NCBI GenBank assembly: GCA_950097015.1
Contig: CATNEN010000025.1
Span: 6,882,001 to 6,946,000 of the forward strand
From: Macrostomum hystrix
Taxonomy: Eukaryota; Animalia; Platyhelminthes
Direction of reading: 5' to 3'
Length of the DNA stretch: 64,000 bases
A program made the translations under genes and the position numbers. Under the pieces are notes generated by a model that had not been told where the DNA came from, made no database searches, and was given only the letters and a program-made list of their open reading frames with translations. Below are positions 1 to 13,561 of this stretch, piece after piece. Each line of letters starts with the position of its first letter. The first letter of the stretch is position 1.

Positions 1-3000
1 ACTGAGGAGTGTGAGGCTGGGGAACTGAGGAGTGTGAGGAGTGTAAGGCTGGGGAACTGAGGAGTGTGAGGCTAGAGAACTGAGAAGTGTGAGGCTGGGA
101 AACTGAGGAGTGTGAGGCTAGGGAACTGAGGAGTGTGAGGCTGGGGAACTGAGGAGTGTGAGGCTGGGGAACTGAGGAGTGTGAGGCTAGGGAACTGAGG
201 AGTGTGAGGCTGGGGAACTGAGGTGTATGAGGCTAGGGAACTGAGGAGTGTGAGACTGGGGAACTAAGGAGTGTGAGGCTAGGGAACTGAGGAGTGTGAG
301 GCTGGGGAACTGAGGAGTGTGAGGCTGGGGAACTGAGGAGTGTGAGGCTGGGGAACTGAGGCGTATGAGGCTGGGGAACTGAGGAGTGTGAGGCTGGGGA
401 ACTGAGGTGTATGAGGCTGGGGAACTGAGGAGTGTGAGGCTAGAGAACTGAGAAGTGTGAGGCTGGGAAACTGAGGAGTGTGAGGCTAGGGAACTGAGGA
501 GTGTGAGGCTGGGGAACTGAGGAGTGTGAGGCTGGGGAACTGAGGAGTGTGAGGAGTGTAAGGCTGGGGAACTGAGGAGTGTGAGGCTAGAGAACTGAGA
601 AGTGTGAGGCTGGGAAACTGAGGAGTGTGAGGCTAGGGAACTGAGGAGTGTGAGGCTGGGGAACTGAGGAGTGTGAGGCTGGGGAACTGAGGAGTGTGAG
701 GCTAGGGAACTGAGGAGTGTGAGGCTGGGGAACTGAGGTGTATGAGGCTAGGGAACTGAGGAGTGTGAGACTGGGGAACTAAGGAGTGTGAGGCTAGGGA
801 ACTGAGGAGTGTGAGGCTGGGGAACTGAGGAGTGTGAGACTGGGGAACTAAGGAGTGTGAGGCTGGGGAACTGAGGAGTGTGAGACTGGGGAACTGAGGA
901 GTGTGAGGCTAGGGAACTAAGGAGTGTGAGGCTAGGGAACTGAGGAGTGTGAGACTGGGGAACTGAGGAGTGTGAGGCTAGGGAACTGAGGAGTGTGAGG
1001 CTGGGGAACTAAGGAGTGTGAGGCTAGGGAACTGAGGAGTGTGAGACTGGGGAACTGAGGAGTGTGAGACTGGGGAACTAAGGAGTGTGAGACTGGGGAA
1101 CTGAGGAGTGTGAGGCTAGGGAACTGAGGAGTGTGAGACTGGGGAACTAAGGAGTGTGAGGCTAGGGAACTGAGGAGTGTGAGACTGGGGAACTAAGGAG
1201 TGTGAGGCTAGGGAACTGAGGAGTGTGAGGCTAGGGAACTGAGGAGTGTGAGGAGTGTGAGGCTGGGAACTGAGGAGTGTGAGGCTAGGGAACTGAGGAG
1301 TGAGGCTAGGGAACTGAGGAGTGTAAGGAGTGTGAGGCTGGGGAACTGAGGAGTGTGAGGCTGGGGAACTGAGGCGTATGAGGCTGGGGAACTGAGGAGT
1401 GTGAGGCTGGGGAACTGAGGTGTATGAGGCTGGGGAACTGAGGAGTGTGAGGCTGGGGAACTGAGGCGTATGAGGCTGGGGAACTGAGGAGTGTGAGGCT
1501 GGGGAACTGAGGCGTATGAGGCTGGGGAACTGAGGAGTGTGAGGCTGGGGAACTGAGGTGTATGAGGCTGGGGAACTGAGGAGTGTGAGGCTGGGGAACT
1601 GAGGAGTGTGAGGCTAGAGAACTGAGAAGTGTGAGGCTGGGAAACTGAGGAGTGTGAGGCTAGGGAACTGAGGAGTGTGAGGCTGGGGAACTGAGGAGTG
1701 TGAGGCTGGGGAACTGAGGAGTGTGAGGCTAGGGAACTGAGGAGTGTGAGGCTGGGGAACTGAGGTGTATGAGGCTAGGGAACTGAGGAGTGTGAGACTG
1801 GGGAACTAAGGAGTGTGAGGCTAGGGAACTGAGGAGTGTGAGGCTGGGGAACTGAGGAGTGTGAGACTGGGGAACTAAGGAGTGTGAGGCTGGGGAACTG
1901 AGGAGTGTGAGACTGGGGAACTGAGGAGTGTGAGGCTAGGGAACTAAGGAGTGTGAGGCTGGGGAACTGAGGAGTGTGAGGCTGGGGAACTGAGGAGTGT
2001 GAGGCTGGGGAACTTAGGAGTGTGAGGCTGGGGAACTGAGGAGTGTGAGGCTGGGGAACTGAGGAGTGTGAGGCTGGGGAACTGAGGAGTGTGAGGCTGG
2101 GGAACTGAGGAGTGTGAGACTGGGGAACTAAGGAGTGTGAGGCTAGGGAACTGAGGAGTGTGAGGCTGGGGAACTGAGGAGTGTGAGGCTGGGGAACTGA
2201 GGAGTGTGAGGAGTGTAAGGCTGGGGAACTGAGGAGTGTGAGGCTAGAGAACTGAGAAGTGTGAGGCTGGGAAACTGAGGAGTGTGAGGCTAGGGAACTG
2301 AGGAGTGCGAGGCTGGGGAACTGAGGAGTGTGAGGCTGGGGAACTGAGGAGTGTGAGGCTAGGGAACTGAGGAGTGTGAGGCTGGGGAACTGAGGTGTAT
2401 GAGGCTAGGGAACTGAGGAGTGTGAGACTGGGGAACTAAGGAGTGTGAGGCTAGGGAACTGAGGAGTGTGAGGCTGGGGAACTGAGGAGTGTGAGACTGG
2501 GGAACTAAGGAGTGTGAGGCTGGGGAACTGAGGAGTGTGAGACTGGGGAACTGAGGAGTGTGAGGCTAGGGAACTAAGGAGTGTGAGGCTAGGGAACTGA
2601 GGAGTGTGAGACTGGGGAACTGAGGAGTGTGAGGCTAGGGAACTGAGGAGTGTGAGGCTGGGGAACTAAGGAGTGTGAGGCTAGGGAACTGAGGAGTGTG
2701 AGACTGGGGAACTAAGGAGTGTGAGGCTAGGGAACTGAGGAGTGTGAGACTGGGGAACTAAGGAGTGTGAGGCTAGGGAACTGAGGAGTGTGAGGCTAGG
2801 GAACTGAGGAGTGTGAGGAGTGTGAGGCTGGGAACTGAGGAGTGTGAGGCTAGGGAACTGAGGAGTGAGGCTAGGGAACTGAGGAGTGTGAGGAGTGTGA
2901 GGCTGGGGAACTGAGGAGTGTGAGGCTGGGGAACTGAGGTGTATGAGGCTGGGGAACTGAGGAGTGTGAGGCTGGGGAACTGAGGCGTATGAGGCTGGGG

Positions 3001-6000
3001 AACTGAGGAGTGTGAGGCTGGGGAACTGAGGCGTATGAGGCTGGGGAACTGAGGAGTGTGAGGCTGGGGAACTGAGGCGTATGAGGCTGGGGAACTGAGG
3101 AGTGTGAGGCTGGGGAACTGAGGTGTATGAGGCTGGGGAACTGAGGAGTGTGAGGCTGGGGAACTGAGGCGTATGAGGCTGGGGAACTGAGGAGTGTGAG
3201 GCTGGGGAACTGAGGCGTATGAGGCTGGGGAACTGAGGAGTGTGAGGCTGGGGAACTGAGGCGTATGAGGCTGGGGAACTGAGGAGTGTGAGGCTGGGGA
3301 ACTGAGGTGTATGAGGCTGGGGAACTGAGGAGTGTGAGGCTGGGGAACTGAGGCGTATGAGGCTGGGGAACTGAGGAGTGTGAGGCTGGGGAACTGAGGC
3401 GTATGAGGCTGGGAAACTGAGGAGTGTGAGGCTGGGGAACTGAGGAGTGTGAGGCTGGGGAACTGAGGAGTGTGAGGCTAGGGAACTGAGGAGTGTGAGG
3501 CTGGGGAACTGAGGTGTATGAGGCTAGGGAACTGAGGAGTGTGAGACTGGGGAACTAAGGAGTGTGAGGCTAGGGAACTGAGGAGTGTGAGGCTGGGGAA
3601 CTGAGGAGTGTGAGACTGGGGAACTAAGGAGTGTGAGGCTGGGGAACTGAGGAGTGTGAGACTGGGGAACTAAGGAGTGTGAGGCTAGGGAACTAAGGAG
3701 TGTGAGGCTAGGGAACTGAGGAGTGTGAGACTGGGGAACTGAGGAGTGTGAGGCTAGGGAACTGAGGAGTGTGAGGCTGGGGAACTAAGGAGTGTGAGGC
3801 TAGGGAACTGAGGAGTGTGAGACTGGGGAACTGAGGAGTGTGAGACTGGGGAACTAAGGAGTGTGAGACTGGGGAACTGAGGAGTGTGAGGCTAGGGAAC
3901 TGAGGAGTGTGAGACTGGGGAACTAAGGAGTGTGAGGCTAGGGAACTGAGGAGTGTGAGACTGGGGAACTAAGGAGTGTGAGGCTAGGGAACTGAGGAGT
4001 GTGAGGCTAGGGAACTGAGGAGTGTGAGGAGTGTGAGGCTGGGAACTGAGGAGTGTGAGGCTAGGGAACTGAGGAGTGAGGCTAGGGAACTGAGGAGTGT
4101 GAGGAGTGTGAGGCTGGGGAACTGAGGAGTGTGAGGCTGGGGAACTGAGGCGTATGAGGCTGGGGAACTGAGGAGTGTGAGGCTGGGGAACTGAGGTGTA
4201 TGAGGCTGGGGAACTGAGGAGTGTGAGGCTGGGGAACTGAGGCGTATGAGGCTGGGGAACTGAGGAGTGTGAGGCTGGGGAACTGAGGCGTATGAGGCTG
4301 GGGAACTGAGGAGTGTGAGGCTGGGGAACTGAGGTGTATGAGGCTGGGGAACTGAGGAGTGTGAGGCTGGGGAACTGAGGAGTGTGAGGCTGGGGAACTG
4401 AGGAGTGTGAGGCTGGGGAACTGAGGAGTGTGAGGAGTGTAAGGCTGGGGAACTGAGGAGTGTGAGGCTAGAGAACTGAGAAGTGTGAGGCTGGGAAACT
4501 GAGGAGTGTGAGGCTAGGGAACTGAGGAGTGTGAGGCTGGGGAACTGAGGAGTGTGAGGCTGGGGAACTGAGGAGTGTGAGGAGTGTAAGGCTGGGGAAC
4601 TGAGGAGTGTGAGGCTAGAGAACTGAGAAGTGTGAGGCTGGGAAACTGAGGAGTGTGAGGCTAGGGAACTGAGGAGTGTGAGGCTGGGGAACTGAGGAGT
4701 GTGAGGCTGGGGAACTGAGGAGTGTGAGGCTAGGGAACTGAGGAGTGTGAGGCTGGGGAACTGAGGTGTATGAGGCTAGGGAACTGAGGAGTGTGAGACT
4801 GGGGAACTAAGGAGTGTGAGGCTAGGGAACTGAGGAGTGTGAGGCTGGGGAACTGAGGAGTGTGAGGCTGGGGAACTGAGGTGTATGAGGCTGGGGAACT
4901 GAGGAGTGTGAGGCTGGGGAACTGAGGAGTGTGAGGCTGGGGAACTGAGGAGTGTGAGGCTGGGGAACTGAGGAGTGTGAGGAGTGTAAGGCTGGGGAAC
5001 TGAGGAGTGTGAGGCTAGAGAACTGAGAAGTGTGAGGCTGGGAAACTGAGGAGTGTGAGGCTAGGGAACTGAGGAGTGTGAGGCTGGGGAACTGAGGAGT
5101 GTGAGGCTGGGGAACTGAGGAGTGTGAGGCTAGGGAACTGAGGAGTGTGAGGCTGGGGAACTGAGGTGTATGAGGCTAGGGAACTGAGGAGTGTGAGACT
5201 GGGGAACTAAGGAGTGTGAGGCTAGGGAACTGAGGAGTGTGAGGCTGGGGAACTGAGGAGTGTGAGGCTGGGGAACTGAGGAGTGTGAGGCTGGGGAACT
5301 GAGGCGTATGAGGCTGGGGAACTGAGGAGTGTGAGGCTGGGGAACTGAGGTGTATGAGGCTGGGGAACTGAGGAGTGTGAGGCTAGAGAACTGAGAAGTG
5401 TGAGGCTGGGAAACTGAGGAGTGTGAGGCTAGGGAACTGAGGAGTGTGAGGCTGGGGAACTGAGGAGTGTGAGGCTGGGGAACTGAGGAGTGTGAGGAGT
5501 GTAAGGCTGGGGAACTGAGGAGTGTGAGGCTAGAGAACTGAGAAGTGTGAGGCTGGGAAACTGAGGAGTGTGAGGCTAGGGAACTGAGGAGTGTGAGGCT
5601 GGGGAACTGAGGAGTGTGAGGCTGGGGAACTGAGGAGTGTGAGGCTAGGGAACTGAGGAGTGTGAGGCTGGGGAACTGAGGTGTATGAGGCTAGGGAACT
5701 GAGGAGTGTGAGACTGGGGAACTAAGGAGTGTGAGGCTAGGGAACTGAGGAGTGTGAGGCTGGGGAACTGAGGAGTGTGAGACTGGGGAACTAAGGAGTG
5801 TGAGGCTGGGGAACTGAGGAGTGTGAGACTGGGGAACTGAGGAGTGTGAGGCTAGGGAACTAAGGAGTGTGAGGCTAGGGAACTGAGGAGTGTGAGACTG
5901 GGGAACTGAGGAGTGTGAGGCTAGGGAACTGAGGAGTGTGAGGCTAGGGAACTGAGGAGTGTGAGGCTGGGGAACTGAGGAGTGTGAGGCTGGGGAACTG

Positions 6001-9000
6001 AGGAGTGTGAGGCTAGGGAACTGAGGAGTGTGAGGCTGGGGAACTGAGGTGTATGAGGCTAGGGAACTGAGGAGTGTGAGACTGGGGAACTAAGGAGTGT
6101 GAGGCTAGGGAACTGAGGAGTGTGAGGCTGGGGAACTGAGGAGTGTGAGACTGGGGAACTAAGGAGTGTGAGGCTGGGGAACTGAGGAGTGTGAGACTGG
6201 GGAACTGAGGAGTGTGAGGCTAGGGAACTAAGGAGTGTGAGGCTAGGGAACTGAGGAGTGTGAGACTGGGGAACTGAGGAGTGTGAGGCTAGGGAACTGA
6301 GGAGTGTGAGGCTGGGGAACTAAGGAGTGTGAGGCTAGGGAACTGAGGAGTGTGAGACTGGGGAACTGAGGAGTGTGAGACTGGGGAACTAAGGAGTGTG
6401 AGACTGGGGAACTGAGGAGTGTGAGGCTAGGGAACTGAGGAGTGTGAGACTGGGGAACTAAGGAGTGTGAGGCTAGGGAACTGAGGAGTGTGAGACTGGG
6501 GAACTAAGGAGTGTGAGGCTAAGGAACTGAGGAGTGTGAGGCTAGGGAACTGAGGAGTGTGAGGAGTGTGAGGCTGGGAACTGAGGAGTGTGAGGCTAGG
6601 GAACTGAGGAGTGTGAGGCTAGGGAACTGAGGAGTGTGAGGCTGGGGAACTGAGGAGTGTGAGGCTGGGGAACTGAGGAGTGTGAGGCTGGGGAACTGAG
6701 GTGTATGAGGCTAGGGAACTGAGGAGTGTGAGACTGGGGAACTGAGGAGTGTGAGGCTAGGGAACTGAGGAGTGTGAGGCTGGGGAACTGAGGAGTGTGA
6801 GACTGGGGAACTAAGGAGTGTGAGGCTGGGGAACTGAGGAGTGTGAGACTGGGGAACTGAGGAGTGTGAGGCTAGGGAACTAAGGAGTGTGAGGCTAGGG
6901 AACTGAGGAGTGTGAGACTGGGGAACTGAGGAGTGTGAGGCTAGGGAACTGAGGAGTGTGAGGCTAGGGAACTGAGGAGTGTGAGGCTGGGGAACTGAGG
7001 AGTGTGAGGCTGGGGAACTGAGGAGTGTGAGGCTAGGGAACTGAGGAGTGTGAGGCTGGGGAACTGAGGTGTATGAGGCTAGGGAACTGAGGAGTGTGAG
7101 ACTGGGGAACTAAGGAGTGTGAGGCTAGGGAACTGAGGAGTGTGAGGCTGGGGAACTGAGGAGTGTGAGACTGGGGAACTAAGGAGTGTGAGGCTGGGGA
7201 ACTGAGGAGTGTGAGACTGGGGAACTGAGGAGTGTGAGGCTAGGGAACTAAGGAGTGTGAGGCTAGGGAACTGAGGAGTGTGAGACTGGGGAACTGAGGA
7301 GTGTGAGGCTAGGGAACTGAGGAGTGTGAGGCTGGGGAACTAAGGAGTGTGAGGCTAGGGAACTGAGGAGTGTGAGACTGGGGAACTGAGGAGTGTGAGA
7401 CTGGGGAACTAAGGAGTGTGAGACTGGGGAACTGAGGAGTGTGAGGCTAGGGAACTGAGGAGTGTGAGACTGGGGAACTAAGGAGTGTGAGGCTAGGGAA
7501 CTGAGGAGTGTGAGACTGGGGAACTAAGGAGTGTGAGGCTAAGGAACTGAGGAGTGTGAGGCTAGGGAACTGAGGAGTGTGAGGAGTGTGAGGCTGGGAA
7601 CTGAGGAGTGTGAGGCTAGGGAACTGAGGAGTGTGAGGCTAGGGAACTGAGGAGTGTGAGGCTGGGGAACTGAGGAGTGTGAGGCTGGGGAACTGAGGAG
7701 TGTGAGGCTAGGGAACTGAGGAGTGTGAGGCTGGGGAACTGAGGTGTATGAGGCTAGGGAACTGAGGAGTGTGAGACTGGGGAACTAAGGATTGTGAGGC
7801 TAGGGAACTGAGGAGTGTGAGGCTGGGGAACTGAGGAGTGTGAGACTGGGGAACTAAGGAGTGTGAGGCTGGGGAACTGAGGAGTGTGAGACTGGGGAAC
7901 TGAGGAGTGTGAGGCTAGGGAACTAAGGAGTGTGAGGCTAGGGAACTGAGGAGTGTGAGACTGGGGAACTGAGGAGTGTGAGGCTAGGGAACTGAGGAGT
8001 GTGAGGCTGGGGAACTAAGGAGTGTGAGGCTAGGGAACTGAGGAGTGTGAGACTGGGGAACTGAGGAGTGTGAGACTGGGGAACTAAGGAGTGTGAGACT
8101 GGGGAACTGAGGAGTGTGAGGCTAGGGAACTGAGGAGTGTGAGACTGGGGAACTAAGGAGTGTGAGGCTAGGGAACTGAGGAGTGTGAGACTGGGGAACT
8201 AAGGAGTGTGAGGCTAAGGAACTGAGGAGTGTGAGGCTAGGGAACTGAGGAGTGTGAGGAGTGTGAGGCTGGGAACTGAGGAGTGTGAGGCTAGGGAACT
8301 GAGGAGTGAGGCTAGGGAACTGAGGAGTGTGAGGAGTGTGAGGCTGGGGAACTGAGGAGTGTGAGGCTGGGGAACTGAGGCGTATGAGGCTGGGGAACTG
8401 AGGAGTGTGAGGCTGGGGAACTGAGGTGTATGAGGCTGGGGAACTGAGGAGTGTGAGGCTGGGGAACTGAGGCGTATGAGGCTGGGGAACTGAGGAGTGT
8501 GAGGCTGGGGAACTGAGGCGTATGAGGCTGGGGAACTGAGGAGTGTGAGGCTGGGGAACTGAGGTGTATGAGGCTGGGGAACTGAGGAGTGTGAGGCTGG
8601 GGAACTGAGGAGTGTGAGGCTGGGGAACTGAGGAGTGTGAGGCTGGGGAACTGAGGAGTGTGAGGAGTGTAAGGCTGGGGAACTGAGGAGTGTGAGGCTA
8701 GAGAACTGAGAAGTGTGAGGCTGGGAAACTGAGGAGTGTGAGGCTAGGGAACTGAGGAGTGTGAGGCTGGGGAACTGAGGAGTGTGAGGCTGGGGAACTG
8801 AGGAGTGTGAGGAGTGTAAGGCTGGGGAACTGAGGAGTGTGAGGCTAGAGAACTGAGAAGTGTGAGGCTGGGAAACTGAGGAGTGTGAGGCTAGGGAACT
8901 GAGGAGTGTGAGGCTGGGGAACTGAGGAGTGTGAGGCTGGGGAACTGAGGAGTGTGAGGCTAGGGAACTGAGGAGTGTGAGGCTGGGGAACTGAGGTGTA

Positions 9001-12000
9001 TGAGGCTAGGGAACTGAGGAGTGTGAGACTGGGGAACTAAGGAGTGTGAGGCTAGGGAACTGAGGAGTGTGAGGCTGGGGAACTGAGGAGTGTGAGGCTA
9101 GGGAACTAAGGAGTGTGAGGCTAGGGAACTGAGGAGTGTGAGACTGGGGAACTGAGGAGTGTGAGGCTAGGGAACTGAGGAGTGTGAGGCTAGGGAACTG
9201 AGGAGTGTGAGGCTGGGGAACTGAGGAGTGTGAGGCTGGGGAACTGAGGTGTATGAGGCTAGGGAACTGAGGAGTGTGAGACTGGGGAACTAAGGAGTGT
9301 GAGGCTAGGGAACTGAGGAGTGTGAGGCTGGGGAACTGAGGAGTGTGAGACTGGGGAACTAAGGAGTGTGAGGCTGGGGAACTGAGGAGTGTGAGACTGG
9401 GGAACTGAGGAGTGTGAGGCTAGGGAACTAAGGAGTGTGAGGCTAGGGAACTGAGGAGTGTGAGACTGGGGAACTGAGGAGTGTGAGGCTAGGGAACTGA
9501 GGAGTGTGAGGCTGGGGAACTAAGGAGTGTGAGGCTAGGGAACTGAGGAGTGTGAGACTGGGGAACTGAGGAGTGTGAGACTGGGGAACTAAGGAGTGTG
9601 AGACTGGGGAACTGAGGAGTGTGAGGCTAGGGAACTGAGGAGTGTGAGACTGGGGAACTAAGGAGTGTGAGGCTAGGGAACTGAGGAGTGTGAGACTGGG
9701 GAACTAAGGAGTGTGAGGCTAAGGAACTGAGGAGTGTGAGGCTAGGGAACTGAGGAGTGTGAGGAGTGTGAGGCTGGGAACTGAGGAGTGTGAGGCTAGG
9801 GAACTGAGGAGTGTGAGGCTAGGGAACTGAGGAGTGTGAGGCTGGGGAACTGAGGAGTGTGAGGCTGGGGAACTGAGGAGTGTGAGGCTAGGGAACTGAG
9901 GAGTGTGAGGCTGGGGAACTGAGGTGTATGAGGCTAGGGAACTGAGGAGTGTGAGACTGGGGAACTAAGGAGTGTGAGGCTAGGGAACTGAGGAGTGTGA
10001 GGCTGGGGAACTGAGGAGTGTGAGACTGGGGAACTAAGGAGTGTGAGGCTGGGGAACTGAGGAGTGTGAGACTGGGGAACTGAGGAGTGTGAGGCTAGGG
10101 AACTAAGGAGTGTGAGGCTAGGGAACTGAGGAGTGTGAGACTGGGGAACTGAGGAGTGTGAGGCTAGGGAACTGAGGAGTGTGAGGCTGGGGAACTAAGG
10201 AGTGTGAGGCTAGGGAACTGAGGAGTGTGAGACTGGGGAACTGAGGAGTGTGAGACTGGGGAACTAAGGAGTGTGAGACTGGGGAACTGAGGAGTGTGAG
10301 GCTAGGGAACTGAGGAGTGTGAGACTGGGGAACTAAGGAGTGTGAGGCTAGGGAACTGAGGAGTGTGAGACTGGGGAACTAAGGAGTGTGAGGCTAAGGA
10401 ACTGAGGAGTGTGAGGCTAGGGAACTGAGGAGTGTGAGGAGTGTGAGGCTGGGAACTGAGGAGTGTGAGGCTAGGGAACTGAGGAGTGAGGCTAGGGAAC
10501 TGAGGAGTGTGAGGAGTGTGAGGCTGGGGAACTGAGGAGTGTGAGGCTGGGGAACTGAGGCGTATGAGGCTGGGGAACTGAGGAGTGTGAGGCTGGGGAA
10601 CTGAGGTGTATGAGGCTGGGGAACTGAGGAGTGTGAGGCTGGGGAACTGAGGCGTATGAGGCTGGGGAACTGAGGAGTGTGAGGCTGGGGAACTGAGGCG
10701 TATGAGGCTGGGGAACTGAGGAGTGTGAGGCTGGGGAACTGAGGTGTATGAGGCTGGGGAACTGAGGAGTGTGAGGCTGGGGAACTGAGGAGTGTGAGGC
10801 TGGGGAACTGAGGAGTGTGAGGCTGGGGAACTGAGGAGTGTGAGGAGTGTAAGGCTGGGGAACTGAGGAGTGTGAGGCTAGAGAACTGAGAAGTGTGAGG
10901 CTGGGAAACTGAGGAGTGTGAGGCTAGGGAACTGAGGAGTGTGAGGCTGGGGAACTGAGGAGTGTGAGGCTGGGGAACTGAGGAGTGTGAGGAGTGTAAG
11001 GCTGGGGAACTGAGGAGTGTGAGGCTAGAGAACTGAGAAGTGTGAGGCTGGGAAACTGAGGAGTGTGAGGCTAGGGAACTGAGGAGTGTGAGGCTGGGGA
11101 ACTGAGGAGTGTGAGGCTGGGGAACTGAGGAGTGTGAGGCTAGGGAACTGAGGAGTGTGAGGCTGGGGAACTGAGGTGTATGAGGCTAGGGAACTGAGGA
11201 GTGTGAGACTGGGGAACTAAGGAGTGTGAGGCTAGGGAACTGAGGAGTGTGAGGCTGGGGAACTGAGGAGTGTGAGGCTAGGGAACTGAGGAGTGTGAGG
11301 CTGGGGAACTGAGGAGTGTGAGGCTGGGGAACTGAGGAGTGTGAGACTGGGGAACTAAGGAGTGTGAGGCTGGGGAACTGAGGAGTGTGAGACTGGGGAA
11401 CTAAGGAGTGTGAGGCTAGGGAACTGAGGAGTGTGAGGCTGGGGAACTGAGGAGTGTGAGGCTAGGGAACTGAGGAGTGTGAGGCTGGGGAACTGAGGAG
11501 TGTGAGGCTAGGGAACTGAGGAGTGTGAGGCTGGGGAACTGAGGAGTGTGAGGCTGGGGAACTGAGGAGTGTGAGACTGGGGAACTAAGGAGTGTGAGGC
11601 TGGGGAACTGAGGAGTGTGAGACTGGGGAACTAAGGAGTGTGAGGCTAGGGAACTAAGGAGTGTGAGGCTAGGGAACTGAGGAGTGTGAGACTGGGGAAC
11701 TGAGGAGTGTGAGGCTAGGGAACTGAGGAGTGTGAGGCTGGGGAACTAAGGAGTGTGAGGCTAGGGAACTGAGGAGTGTGAGACTGGGGAACTGAGGAGT
11801 GTGAGACTGGGGAACTAAGGAGTGTGAGACTGGGGAACTGAGGAGTGTGAGGCTAGGGAACTGAGGAGTGTGAGACTGGGGAACTAAGGAGTGTGAGGCT
11901 AGGGAACTGAGGAGTGTGAGACTGGGGAACTAAGGAGTGTGAGGCTAGGGAATTGAGGAGTGTGAGGCTAGGGAACTGAGGAGTGTGAGGAGTGTGAGGC

Positions 12001-12138
12001 TGGGAACTGAGGAGTGTGAGGCTAGGGAACTGAGGAGTGAGGCTAGGGAACTGAGGAGTGTGAGGAGTGTGAGGCTGGGGAACTGAGGAGTGTGAGGAGT
12101 GTGAGGCTAGGGAACTGAGGAGGGAGGCTGGGGAACTA
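1..12138. repeat. Large G-rich minisatellite/satellite array, 23-bp unit ACTGAGGAGTGTGAGGCTGGGGA with recurring variant units; open at window start
   Basis: Unit read directly (positions 1-23, next unit starts at 24). Variants include CTAGGG, GAGACT, ACTAAG, GGTGTATG and GGCGTATG. The array ends abruptly at about 12138. Confidence 0.99.
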
Positions 12139-13561
12139 AGCCTGTTCGTAAGCCATGGTCCTGCGAAAATTTTTCCACTTTTTTTATGTTGAACTTAATT
12201 TTATGGCTTCGAAATATAGCAAATCAAATACTGTTTGTCATTTATATCCGACAAATTTAATTTCAAGCTGCTGTAATTGTGTTGTGCCCAACGTGCTGCT
12301 GCTCTGAGCATTCCTGGCACGCAAAAATCTTCACTGATATTCTTAAAGTCAAGCTTCGATATATTGAACAAACTGATGTAAGTTAAGCAGTTGCAGATCT
12401 GCGCGTCGAAGTCTGCCGACTTAGAGTATAAGAGTATAACTACAACTCTGTGCTGTACGATTAAGATAAAAATGTACCATGTATTATTCTTGCTGTACAA
12501 TGACCGCTTCCGTTTATTCATTCATTCAGAAACAAAATAAGCCTTGTTGTTCCGCAATGTTATTTGCAGCGATGCTAATTGCTAACTGCTGCAGCATGTA
12601 GAGCAATCCCAAAGACTGCTTCTTCCCAAGAGAATGTGAAGTATAGAATTATCGATATGAATAAATATTATTATATGTAGTAGCATTTTACATTTTCGGA
12701 TTAAAATTGCACAACTTTACACTACTGTTTATGTTTTAACCAAGGTCCTTGGTTTTAGGTCCAAAGGTACCTGGTCCTAGCCTCAGGTCCATGGTTTTAG
12801 CATCTCAGCATACATGTCGCATACATTCGTCAGAGTTACGACGAAGGTACTAAAATCATACTATCTTTACACAGCCATCATGTTACTGCAACAAAATGAT
12901 TGTACCGTCGGTAAGCATTAAACATTAATTGCAATTAGCGTTTAAGTTGAGCTCATGAGTGGGTCTTTCACCGCATTGTTTTCCGCATGGCTTTCCGCAT
13001 GGTTTTCCGCACGGTTTTTTCCGTGTAAAAATTAAATAATTTATTTATGTTGTAAAAATTACTGTGAAACTGTAATTTAATTTAATGGATGGTATGATAT
13101 GACCTGGTATAGTACTAATCTTGTATGATGAAGTAGTCTGTGATATCATTTGACATGATTGGGTATGATATGGGATGATATGACCTAGTATACATTATAC
13201 TAGGAAAGCAATGCGGTTAAAGATTTATACGTGTTGAGCTCTGATTTCGAAACAATAACCCAAAAACTTAAAAGCATATTAACTTCATGATCGTTCTGAA
13301 CTTTGATTAAAAAAATTTAATGACCTTGGAAAGGGGTTGATCATGACGATAATTAGCTTTAAAGAGTGGAACTTTGTTAACATGCGAAAATAACGAAGTC
13401 CATATTTAAACAGTCATCCGAGTTGTGTTTTTCAATTACTTAACACGCAGCACGCGTTTAACCTTAGTTCTTTTGCCGTAGACAAGGACAAAGGCTGACC
13501 ATATTGCCTTAAGACCGCAGACTACTTTTATAAAAAAGTTATTTAGTTACCACGCTTAAGT

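Noticed and set aside
12201-12521. 106-aa ORF next to the satellite
   Set aside because: AT-rich, no motif, no splice support.
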